DNA of 64,000 nt from Eledone cirrhosa (Eukaryota): positions 204,910,001 through 204,974,000 of the forward strand of contig OZ024743.1 in assembly GCA_964016885.1 (NCBI GenBank), in the 5' to 3' direction. Shown piece after piece: positions 39,545-52,637 of this stretch. A model generated the notes under the pieces. That model had not been told where the DNA came from and did no database searches. It saw nothing but the letters and a program-made list of their open reading frames with translations. Every line of letters starts with the position of its first letter. The first letter of the stretch is position 1. The translations under genes and the position numbers were made by a program.

Positions 39545-40301
39545 AATCCCATTAAAAACCACATTAAAAATTCAATTAAAAATCTATTTCGAAAAACCCA
39601 TTAAAAACCCCATTATAAGCTCATAAAACACTCCATTAAAACCCCAACCAAACCCCCCATTAAAACACAATTAAAACATCATTAAGAATGCCAATAAAAG
39701 CGCCATTAAAAACCACATTGGAAATCCATAAAAACCCAATTAAAACAAAATTAAAGTTTCCATTAAAAGTCCCCATTAAAACTCCATTAAAATCACCATT
39801 AACCCCCCCCTCGAAAAGACATTAAAACCTCAAATTTAAACCGAAATAAAAACTCAATAAAAACGCAATTAAAAACTCAATTAAAACACCATTAAAAACA
39901 CAATTAAAAGCCCATTAAACCAATTAAAATTGCATTAACACACCACTAAGGTTCCATTGGAAAACCATTAAAAATGTCATTAAAAACTACACTGAAAACC
40001 CATTAAACCCCTATTAAAAGCGCACCCAAAACTTTATAAAAAACCAAATAAAAACCCCATTAAAATACCATTAAAACGGCATAAAACACCATTAAAACTA
40101 CATTAAAACTCAATTAAAAATTCCATTTAAATCTCCATTATAAACTCAATTAAAACTCCATTAAAACTCAATTAAAAACTCCATTAAAAACACACACACA
40201 TGAAGTTACATGCTGGCTTGCACACTTATAGCGATTGCTATTTCCTTTTAATTTCATTAAAACTAGGATGTTTTAGAAAGATAAAAACAAAACTGAATAA
40301 T

Positions 40302-40433
40302 GAAGAGACTAGGGAGGGGTAAAGAAAGGCAGATCAGGCTGTAGAGGACAGTAGGGGGAGAAGAGGGAAGAGACTTGGGAGGGGTAAAGAAAGGCAGATC
40401 TGGCTGTAGAGGACAGTAGGGGGAGAAGAGGCA
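40302..40433 (-). repeat. 2x65 bp direct repeat (R3)
   Basis: Reverse complement, GAGGCAG variant. Confidence 0.95.
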
Positions 40434-43400
40434 GAAATAAACTAAATTATAAACTAAGTTATAAACTAAATTATAAACTAAATTAAAAACTCAATAAAAT
40501 AAAATAAAATAAAATAAAATAAAATAAAATAAAATAAAATAAAATAAAATAAAATAAAATAAAATAAAATAAAATAAAAAATAAAATAAAATAAAATAAA
40601 ATAAAATAAAATAAAATAAAATAAAATAAAATAAAATAAAAAAAAATAAAATAAAATAAAATAAAAAAAACTAAAAAATATAAATAAAATAAAATAAAAT
40701 AAATAAAATAAAATAAAATAAAATAAAATAAAATAAATAAAAATAAAATAAAATAAAAAAAAATAAAAAAAAATTAAATATAAAAAATAAATAAAATAAA
40801 ATAAAATAAGAACTCAATTAAAAACTCAGTAAAAACTCAATTAAAAACTCAATTAAAAACTCAATCGAAGCACCATTAAAACACCATTAAAAACTCCACT
40901 ATAAACCCACTAAACCCATTAAAAACCAATTAAAAATTCAATTACACATCCCATTAGAAATTTCATTAAAAACTCAATTAAAAGTTCCATTGAAAACACA
41001 TTCAAAACCCATTAACCCCATATTAAAAGTTCATAAAACTCTATTAAAAACCCAATAACAAACCAATTAAAACGCCATTAAAACGCCACAAAACACAATA
41101 AAATGTCATTAAAACGCCATTAAAAGCCATATTATAAATTTCATAAAAAACAATTGAAAACCCCATTATTTATGAGCCTTTTTTATGAGTTTTTAATAGT
41201 GTTTTAATTCAGTTTTTAATTGCGTTTAAAATTGGGTTTTAATGGCTTTTTAATGGTGTTTTAATGGAATTTTAATGGGATTTTCGATGGTGTTTAATGG
41301 GTTTTTTATGGAGTTTTTAATTGGGTTTTCAATGGTGTTGTTTATGAGTTTTTAAATGGGTTTTTAATGGAGTTTTTGATTGCGTTTTTAATGAAATTTT
41401 TAATAGATTCGAGGATGTTTTAATGGAGTTTTTAATGGTCTTTTTAATGGCGTTTTAATTGTGTTTTTATGGTGTTTAAATGCGTTTTAATGATTTTTAA
41501 TTGGGTTTTTAATGGAGTATTTTTAATGAGCTCTTAATGGATTTTTCAATTGGATACTTAATGGGTTTTAATGGAATTTATAATAAGGGTTCTAATTGAC
41601 TTTAAATATGATTTTTAATGGAGTTTTTAATGAAATTTCTAATGGTGTTTTTAATTGCGTTTCCCCCCGTGAGGGTTTTAATGGCATTTTAAATGACATT
41701 TTAATGAGTTTTTATGATGTTTTAATGGCGTTGTAATTGTTTTTTATTGGGTTTTAATATAATTTTGTATGAGCTTTTAATGGGGGTTTTCAATGTTGTT
41801 TTTAATGGAGTGTTTAATGGAATTTTAATGGGGGTTTGATAAAAAAAATTAATTGCTTTTTAATTTAATTTTTAATGCGTTTTTGATGGTGTTTAAGTGC
41901 GTTCATGATGATCTTTTTAATGGATTTTTAATGGGGTTTTAATTGACTTTTTAATGGTGTTTTCAATGTAATTTTTAATGATAGTTTAATGGTGTTTTAA
42001 TGACGTTTTAATTGTGTTTTTTATGGTGTTTTAGTGACGTTTAAATAGGATTTTTAATTGGTTTTTTAATTGAGTATTTATATGAGTTTTCACTGGTGTT
42101 TTTAATGGGTTTTTCAATATTGCATTTAATGAAATTTTTAATATGGTTTCAAATGGAATTTTTAATGTGTTTTTAATTGGGTTTCTAGTGACGTTTTTAA
42201 TGGTACTTTAAATGACGTTTTAATGACTTTTATGGCGTTTTAATGGGTTTTTTAATTGGGTTTTTAATGTAGTTTTTTAAAAGATCTTTACTTGGGATTT
42301 TATGGGTTTTCAATGCGGTTTTTAATGGTATATTAATGGAGTTTTTGGTGTGGTTGTTAATGGTATTAGTGACATTTTAATGTGTTTTTAATGGTGTTTT
42401 AAGCGAGTTTCTGATTTAGATTAAATTTAAATATTTGATGGTCCTTCTAATGGGCTTTAATGGATGTGTAATGTGTTTAATGCAATTTTAATGGGGTTTA
42501 ATGGGGGTAGTAGGTTTCAATGGGTTTTAATGGAGTTTTAATGGCTAGTGCTCTTTTTTTAAGAGTTTTTAATGGTGTTTTTAATGGTTTTTCATTGAGC
42601 TTTTAATTCCGTTTTTAATTGCGTTTTTAATCTAGTTTAAAAATTGAGTTTTAATGGGTTTTTCAATTAGGTTTTTAATGGATTTATAATGGTGTTTTTT
42701 ACGGACCCTTTAATTTTTTATAATGGGTTTTCAATGCCGTTTTAATGGTGTTTTTTAATGGTATCCTTAATGACGCTTCGATAAGTTTCAATGTTATTTT
42801 AATGGGGTTTTGATTGATTTTTTAATGGAGTTTTTTTAATGAACTTTTATTGGGGTTTTCAATCAGGTTTTTAACTGAATTTTTAATGTTTTTCAATTAG
42901 ATTTTTTATGGAGTTTTTATGGGCTTTTTAATGAGTTTTTAATGGTGTGCTAATTGAGTTTTCAATTACCTTTTTAATTGAGTATAAAATCGAGTTTTTA
43001 CTAAGTTTTTAATGAATTTTTAATGGAATTTTAATGGGGGTTTCCAATGGACTTTTAATTGTGTTTTAATGGGGTTTTAAAATTGGTTTTTAGTTGCATT
43101 TTTCAGGGGCTTTTAATGGGGCTTAATGGGGGTTTAATGGGGGATTTAATTGAGTTTTTAATGGAGTTTAATAGAGTTTATAATGGAGGTTTTAATGGAG
43201 TTTTTAATGAAGTTTTAATGTAGTTTTTAATGAGGTTTTTAATGACGATTTTAATGGCGTTCTTAATGGCGTTTTAATGGTATTTTATGGCATTTTAATG
43301 ACGGTTGTAATGGTTTTTAATGGAGTGTTAATTGGTTATTAATTGTATTTTAATGGGTTTTATGAGCTTTTTAATGGGTTTTTAGTGATGTTTTAATGGA

Positions 43401-44572
43401 GTTTTTAATGGGTCTTTTAATGGAATTTGCAATGTATTTTTTAATGGTGTTTTCAATTGTATTTTTAATGACGTTTTAATGGTGTTTTTTATGGCGTTTT
43501 AATAGGATTTTTAATTGGTTTTTTAAAGGACTATTATTATGGGTTTTTTATGTAATTTTATAATGGGATTTTCAGTAGGGTTTTTAATTGGATTTTTAAT
43601 GGAGTTTATAATATGGTTTTTAATTGGATTTTTAAAGAATTTATAATTGCGGTTTTAATATAGTGTTTAATGGAGTATTTAATTGGTTTTTAATGGTAAT
43701 GTTAATGGAGTGTTTAATGTGTTTTTAATGGGGGAGGAGGGGGGTAAAATGCAGTTTTTAATTGAGTTATCAATGGAGTTTTTAATGACATTTTTTATGA
43801 CGTTTTAATAGCGTTTTATGACGTTTTAATGACGTTTTAATGGTTTTTTTATTGGGTTTTGGGAGTTTTTATGAGCTTCTAATTAGGTTTTAAATGGGGT
43901 TTTCAATGAGGTTTTTAGTGGAATTTTTAATGGGCCTTTAATGTATTTTTAATGGGATTTTAATGTTTTTTATGGCGTTTTTAATGGTATTTTAAATGCT
44001 GTTTTAATGTTTCTTTTATGGCCTTTTAATTGGGTTTTTGATTGAGTTTTTAATGGATTTTTTTTAACGAGAATTATGAAGTTTAATGGGTTTCCAGTGT
44101 GTTTTAAATGAAGTTTTTGATAATATTTTTAATGGAATTTTAATGGCGGTTATGGGATTTTAATGGGTTCTGGTGGTATTTTTGTGGGTTTTAATGGGGT
44201 GTTAAATGGTTTTAATGTTGTTTTACTTGCGCTTTCGATTATGTTTACAATTAAGTTTTTACTGTTTTTAATTGGATTTTTAATGGATTTTAATGTGGTT
44301 TTTAATGGAATTTTAATGGTGTTTTAATATAGTTTTTAATGGGTTTCGGATGTAGCTTTTAATGGTGGTTTAGTGTGCTTTTTATTGGGTTTTTAATGAG
44401 TTTTTATGAGCTTTTCAATGGAGTTTTTAATGGTGTTTATATATATATATATATACATACATATATATGTATATATATATATTTACACATATATATGTGT
44501 ATATATATATGTGTATATATATATTTACACATATATATGTGTATATATATATTTACACATATATATGTGTAT

Positions 44573-44618
<46 letters not shown>

Positions 44619-44619
44619 T

Positions 44620-44658
<39 letters not shown>

Positions 44659-44725
44659 TATATATATATATATATATATTAAATATATATATATATACAT
44701 ATATTAAATATATATATATATATAT

Positions 44726-44760
<35 letters not shown>

Positions 44761-44810
44761 TATATATATATATATATATATATTAAATATATATATATAT
44801 ATATATATAT

Positions 44811-44845
<35 letters not shown>

Positions 44846-45044
44846 CACTTTCATGTTACACACTATATATAAACTGGGATTTATATTTTGCGTTAGTGCC
44901 ATATTAAGCTGACAACGATATATTCGTATCTTAAAAAATATTTTTTTTAGATCACATTGTTCTAGATATTATTAAAATTATTAAATCTATTTTCAATTTG
45001 CACGAACACTTGCATATACTACATACATACATTTATATAGACAC

Positions 45045-45438
45045 TAACACAAATATTAGCATATACATAATTTCTTAGTCATTGAGGATGTGTTTTTATA
45101 CATACATATGCATATTGCATACATACATACATACACACATACAAGCATATACATAGACATACACACACACATATATACACACACTATATATATATATATA
45201 CATACACACACACACACATATATATATACACACACACACTATATATATATATAGTGTGTGGTGTATATATATATATGTGTGTGTGTGTATGTATATATAT
45301 ACAGTGTGTGTATATATATGTGTGTGTATGTGTATGTATATGCTTGTATGTGTGTATGTATGGATGCAATATGCATATGTATGTATAAAAAACACATCCT
45401 CAATTACTAAGAAAATATGTATCTGCTAATATTTGTGT

Positions 45439-45440
<2 letters not shown>
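45045..45440. repeat. 396 bp palindrome (R4)
   Basis: Same termini as in F1. Confidence 0.95.
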
Positions 45441-45470
<30 letters not shown>

Positions 45471-45533
45471 CGCACACACTATATATATATATATATATAC
45501 ATACACACTATATATATATATATACACACACAC

Positions 45534-45582
<49 letters not shown>

Positions 45583-46342
45583 AATCCCATTAAAAACCAC
45601 ATTAAAAATTCAATTAAAAATCTATTTAGAAAAACCCATTAAAAACCCCATTATAAGCTCATAAAACACTCCATTAAAACCCCAACCAAACCCCCCATTA
45701 AAACACAATTAAAACATCATTAAGAATGCCAATAAAAGCGCCATTAAAAACCACATTGGAAATCCATAAAAACCCAATTAAAACAAAATTAAAGTTTCCA
45801 TTAAAAGTCCCCATTAAAACTCCATTAAAACCCCCATTAACCCCCCCCCCCTCGAAAAGACATTAAAACCTCAAATTTAAACCGAAATAAAAACTCAATA
45901 AAAACGCAATTAAAAACTCAATTAAAATACCATTAAAAACACAATTAAAAGCCCATTAAACCAATTAAAATTGCATTAACACACCACTAAGGTTCCATTG
46001 GAAAACCATTAAAAATGTCATTAAAAACTACACTGAAAACCCATTAAACCCCTATTAAAAGCGCACCCAAAACTTTATAAAAAACCAAATAAAAACCCCA
46101 TTAAAATACCATTAACACGGCATAAAACACCATTAAAACTACATTAAAACTCAATTAAAAATTCCATTTAAATCTCCATTATAAACTCAATTAAAACTCC
46201 ATTAAAACTCAATTAAAAACTCCATTAAAAACACACACACATGAAGTTACATGCTGGCTTGCACACTTATAGCGATTGCTATTTCCTTTTAATTTCATTA
46301 AAACTAGGATGTTTTAGAAAGATAAAAACAAAACTGAATAAT

Positions 46343-46474
46343 GAAGAGACTAGGGAGGGGTAAAGAAAGGCAGATCAGGCTGTAGAGGACAGTAGGGGGA
46401 GAAGAGGGAAGAGACTTGGGAGGGGTAAAGAAAGGCAGATCTGGCTGTAGAGGACAGTAGGGGGAGAAGAGGGA
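46343..46474 (-). repeat. 2x65 bp direct repeat (R4)
   Basis: Reverse complement, GAGGGAG variant. Confidence 0.95.
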
Positions 46475-49400
46475 GAAATAAACTAAATTATAAACTAAGT
46501 TATAAACTAAATTATAAACTAAATTAAAAACTCAATAAAATAAAATAAAATAAAATAAAATAAAATAAAATAAAATAAAATAAAATAAAATAAAATAAAA
46601 TAAAATAAAATAAAATAAAAAATAAAATAAAATAAAATAAAATAAAATAAAATAAAATAAAATAAAATAAAATAAAAAAAATAAAATAAAATAAAATAAA
46701 AAAAAATAAAAAATATAAATAAAATAAAATAAAATAAATAAAATAAAATAAAATAAAATAAAATAAAATAAAATAAATAAAAATAAAATAAAATAAAAAA
46801 AAATTAAAAAAAATTAAATATAAAAAATAAATAAAATAAAATAAAATAAGAACTCAATTAAAAACTCAGTAAAAACTCAATTAAAAACTCAATTAAAAAC
46901 TCAATCGAAGCACCATTAAAACACCATTAAAAACTCCACTATAAACCCACTAAACCCATTAAAAACCAATTAAAAATTCAATTACACATCCCATTAGAAA
47001 TTTCATTAAAAACTCAATTAAAAGTTCCATTGAAAACACATTCAAAACCCATTAACCCCATATTAAAAGTTCATAAAACTCTATTAAAAACCCAATAACA
47101 AACCAATTAAAACGCCATTAAAACGCCACAAAACACAATAAAATGTCATAAAAACGCCATTAAAACATCACAAAAAGCCCAATTAAAAAACCATTAATAA
47201 TGTCATTAAAAATTCCATAAAAATCCATTAAAAACTCCACTAAAAGCCCATTAAAAAGTTCATTAAAAGCCATATTATAAATTTCATAAAAAACAATTGA
47301 AAACCCCATTATTTATGAGCCTTTTTTATGAGTTTTTAATAGTGTTTTAATTCAGTTTTTAATTGCGTTTAAAATTGGGTTTTAATGGCTTTTTAATGGT
47401 GTTTTAATGGAATTTTAATGGGATTTTCGATGGTGTTTAATGGGTTTTTTATGGAGTTTTTAATTGGGTTTTCAATGGTGTTGTTTATGAGTTTTAAATG
47501 GGTTTTTAATGGAATTTTTGATTGCGTTTTTAATGAAATTTTTAATAGATTCAAGGATGTTTTAATGGAGTTTTTAATGGTCTTTTTAATGGCGTTTTAA
47601 TTGTGTTTTTATGGTGTTTAAATGCGTTTTAATGATTTTTAATTGGGTTTTTAATGGAGTATTTTTAATGAGCTCTTAATGGATTTTTCAATTGGATACT
47701 TAATGGGTTTTAATGGAATTTATAATAAGGGTTCTAATTGACTTTAAATATGATTTTTAATGGAGTTTTTAATGAAATTTCTAATGGTGTTTTTAATTGC
47801 GTTTCCCCCCGTGAGGGTTTTAATGGCATTTTAAATGACATTTTAATGAGTTTTTATGATGTTTTAATGGCGTTGTAATTGTTTTTTATTGGGTTTTTAA
47901 TATAATTTTGTATGAGCTTTTAATGGGGGTTTTCAATGTTGTTTTTAATGGAGTGTTTAATGGAATTTTAATGGGGGTTTGATAAAAAAAATTAATTGCT
48001 TTTTAATTTAATTTTTAATGCGTTTTTGATGGTGTTTAAGTGCGTTCATGATGATCTTTTCAATGGATTTTTAATGGGGTTTTAATTGACTTTTTAATGG
48101 TGTTTTCAATGTAATTTTTAATGATAGTTTAATGGTGTTTTAATGACGTTTTAATTGTGTTTTTTATGGTGTTTTAGTGACGTTTAAATATGATTTTTAA
48201 TTGGTTTTTTAATTGAGTATTTATATGAGTTTTCACTGGTGTTTTTAATGGGTTTTTCAATATTGCATTTAATGAAATTTTTAATATGGTTTCAAATGGA
48301 ATTTTTAATGTGTTTTTAATTGGGTTTCTAGTGACGTTTTTAATGGTACTTTAAATGACGTTTTAATGACTTTTATGGCGTTTTAATGGGTTTTTTAATT
48401 GGGTTTTTAATGTAGTTTTTTAAAAGATCTTTACTTGGGATTTTATGGGTTTTCAATGCGGTTTTTAATGGTATATAAATGGAGTTTTTGGTGTGGTTGT
48501 TAATGGTATTAGTGACATTTTAATGTGTTTTTAATGGTGTTTTAAGCGAGTTTCTGATTTAGTTTAAATTTAAATATTTGATGGTCCTTCTAATGGGCTT
48601 TAATGGATGTGTAATGTGTTTAATGCAATTTTAATGGGGTTTAATGGGGGTAGTAGGTTTCAATGGGTTTTAATGGAGTTTTAATGGCTAGTGCTCTTTT
48701 TTTTTTAGAGTTTTTAATGGTGTTTTTAATGGATTTTCATTGAGCTTTTAATTGCGTTTTTAATTGCGTTTTTAATCTAGTTTAAAAATTGAGTTTTAAT
48801 GGGTTTTTCAATTAGGTTTTTAATGGATTTATAATGGTGTTTTTTACGGACCCTTTAATTTTTTATAATGGGTTTTCAATGCGGTTTTAATGGTGTTTTT
48901 TAATGGTATCCTTAATGACGCTTCGATAAGTTTCAATGTTATTTTAATGGGGTTTAGATTGATTTTTTAATGGAGTTTTTTTTAATGAACTTTTATTGGG
49001 GTTTTCAATCAGGTTTTTAACTGAATTTTTAATGTTTTTCAATTAGATTTTTTATGGAGTTTTTATGGGCTTTTTAATGAGTTTTTAATGGTGTGCTAAT
49101 TGAGTTTTCAATTACCTTTTTAATTGAGTATAAAATCGAGTTTTTACTAAGTTTTTAATGAATTTTTAATGGAATTTTAATGGGGTTTCCAATGGACTTT
49201 TAATTGTGTTTTAATGGGGTTTTAAAATTGGTTTTTAGTTGCATTTTCAGGGGCTTTTAATGGGGCTTAATGGGGGTTTAATGGGGGATTTAATTGAGTT
49301 TTTAATGGAGTTTAATAGAGTTTATAATGTAGGTTTTAATGGAGTTGTTAATGAAGTTTTAATGTAGTCTTTAATGAGGTTTTTAATGACGATTTTAATG

Positions 49401-50717
49401 GCGTTCTTAATGGCGTTTTAATGGTATTTTATGGCATTTTAATGACGGTTGTAATGGTTTTTAATGGAGTGTTAATTGGTTATTAATTGTATTTTAATGG
49501 GTTTTATGAGCTTTTTAATGGACTTTTTAGTGGTGTTTTTAATGGAGTTTTTAATGGGCCTTTTAATGGAATTTGCAATGTATTTTTTAATGGTGTTTTC
49601 AATTGTATTTTTAATGACGTTTTAATGGTGTTTTTTATGGCGTTTTAATAGGATTTTTAATTGGTTTTTTAAAGGACTATTATTATGGGTATTTTATGTA
49701 ATTTTATAATGGGATTTTCAGTAGGGTTTTTAATTGGATTTTTAATGGAGTTTATAATATGTTTTTTAATTGGATTTTTAAAGAATTTATAATTGCGGTT
49801 TTAATATAGTGTTTAATGGAGTATTTAATTGGTTTTTAATGGTAATTTTAATGGAGTGTTTAATGTGTTTTTAATGGGGGAGGAGGGGGTAAAATGCAGT
49901 TTTTAATTGAGTTATCAATGGAGTTTTTAATGACATTTTTAATGACGTTTTAATAGCGTTTTATGACGTTTTAATGACGTTTTAATGGTTTTTTTATTGG
50001 GATTTGGGAGTTTTTATGAGCTTCTAATTAGGTTTTAAATGGGGTTTTCAATGAGGTTTTTAGTGGAATTTTTAATGGGCCTTTAATGTATTTTTAATGG
50101 GATTTTAATGTTTTTTATGGCGTTTTTAATGGTATTTTAAATGCTGTTTTAATGTTTCTTTTATGGCCTTTTAATTGGGTTTTTGATTGAGTTTTTAATG
50201 GATTTTTTTAACGAGAATTATGAAGTTTAATGGGTTTCCAGTGTGTTTTAAATGAAGTTTTTGATAATATTTTTAATGGAATTTTAATGGCGGTTATGGG
50301 ATTTTAATGGGTTCTGGTGGTATTTTTGTGGGTTTTAATGGGGTGTTAAATGGTTTTAATGTTGTTTTACTTGCGCTTTCGATTACGTTTACAATTAAGT
50401 TTTTACTGTTTTTGGATTTTTAATGGATTTTAATGTGGTTTTTAATGGAATTTTAATGGTGTTTTAATATAGTTTTTAATGAGTTTCGGATGTAGCTTTT
50501 AATGGTGGTTTAGTGTGCTTTTTATTGGGTTTTTAATGAGTTTTTATGAGCTTTTCAATGGAGTTTTTAATGGTGTTTATATATATATATATACATACAT
50601 ACATATATATGTATATATATATATTTACACATATATATGTGTATATATATATGTGTATATATATATTTACACATATATATGTGTATATATATATTTACAC
50701 ATATATATGTGTATTAA

Positions 50718-50750
<33 letters not shown>

Positions 50751-50751
50751 T

Positions 50752-50821
<70 letters not shown>

Positions 50822-50917
50822 TATATATATATATATATATATTAAATATATATATATATATATATATATTAAATATATATATATATATATATTAAATATA
50901 TATATATATATATATAT

Positions 50918-50980
<63 letters not shown>

Positions 50981-51202
50981 TATATATATATATATATATA
51001 TTCCACTTTCATGTTACACAATATATATAAACTGGGATTTATATTTTGCGTTAGTGCCATATTAAGCTGACAACGATATATTCGTATCTTAAAAAATATT
51101 TTTTTTAGATCACATTGTTCTAGATATTATTAAAATTATTAAATCTATTTTCAATTTGCACGAACACTTGCATATACTACATACATACATTTATATAGAC
51201 AC

Positions 51203-51596
51203 TAACACAAATATTAGCATATACATAATTTCTTAGTCATTGAGGATGTGTTTTTATACATACATATGCATATTGCATACATACATACATACACACATAC
51301 AAGCATATACATAGACATACACACACACATATATACACACACTGTATATATATATATACATACACACACACACACATATATATATACACACACACACTAT
51401 ATATATATATAGTGTGTGGTGTATATATATATATGTGTGTGTGTGTATGTATATATATACAGTGTGTGTATATATATGTGTGTGTATGTGTATGTATATG
51501 ATTGTATGTGTGTATGTATGGATGCAATATGCATATGTATGTATAAAAAACACATCCTCAATTACTAAGAAAATATGTATATGCTAATATTTGTGT

Positions 51597-51598
<2 letters not shown>
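51203..51598. repeat. 396 bp palindrome (R5)
   Basis: Same termini as in F1. Confidence 0.95.
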
Positions 51599-51628
<30 letters not shown>

Positions 51629-51691
51629 CGCACACACTATATATATATATATATATACATACACACTATATATATATATATACACACACAC

Positions 51692-51744
<53 letters not shown>

Positions 51745-52505
51745 AATCCCATTAAAAACCACATTAAAAATTCAATTAAAAATCTATTTTGAAAAACCCA
51801 TTAAAAACCCCATTATAAGCTCATAAAACACTCCATTAAAACCCCAACCAAACCCCCCATTAAAACACAATTAAAACATCATTAAGAATGCCAATAAAAG
51901 CGCCATTAAAAACCACATTGGAAACCCATAAAAACCCAATTAAAACAAAATTAAAGTTTCCATTAAAAGTCCCCATTAAAACTCCATTAAAACCCCCATT
52001 AACCCCCCCCCCCCTCGAAAAGACATTAAAACCTCAAATTTAAACCGAAATAAAAACTCAATAAAAACGCAATTAAAAACTCAATTAAAACACCATTAAA
52101 AGCACAATTAAAAGCCCATTAAACCAATTAAAATTGCATTAACACACCACTAAGGTTCCATTGGAAAACCATTAAAAATGTCATTAAAAACTACACTGAA
52201 AACCCATTAAACCCCCATTAAAAGCGCACCCAAAACTTTATAAAAAAACAAATAAAAACCCCATTAAAATACCATTAAAACGGCATAAAACACCATTAAA
52301 ACTACATTAAAACTCAATTAAAAATTCCATTTAAATCTCCATTATAAACTCAATTAAAACTCCATTAAAACTCAATTAAAAACTCCATTAAAAACACACA
52401 CACATGAAGTTACATGCTGGCTTGCACACTTATAGCGATTGCTATTTCCTTTTAATTTCATTAAAACTAGGATGTTTTAGAAAGATAAAAACAAAACTGA
52501 ATAAT

Positions 52506-52637
52506 GAAGAGACTAGGGAGGGGTAAAGAAAGGCAGATCAGGCTGTAGAGGACAGTAGGGGGAGAAGAGGGAAGAGACTTGGGAGGGGTAAAGAAAGGCA
52601 GATCTGGCTGTAGAGGACAGTAGGGGGAGAAGAGGGA
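52506..52637 (-). repeat. 2x65 bp direct repeat (R5)
   Basis: Reverse complement, GAGGGAG variant. Confidence 0.95.

Larger units (their letters stand above)
35664..41700 (-). repeat. Macrosatellite unit R3
   Basis: 6037 bp; carries the 103 bp deletion. Confidence 0.95.
41701..47842 (-). repeat. Macrosatellite unit R4 (recombinant between subfamilies)
   Basis: 6142 bp; proximal-type variants up to ~46060 and distal-type variants from ~46470. Confidence 0.93.
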
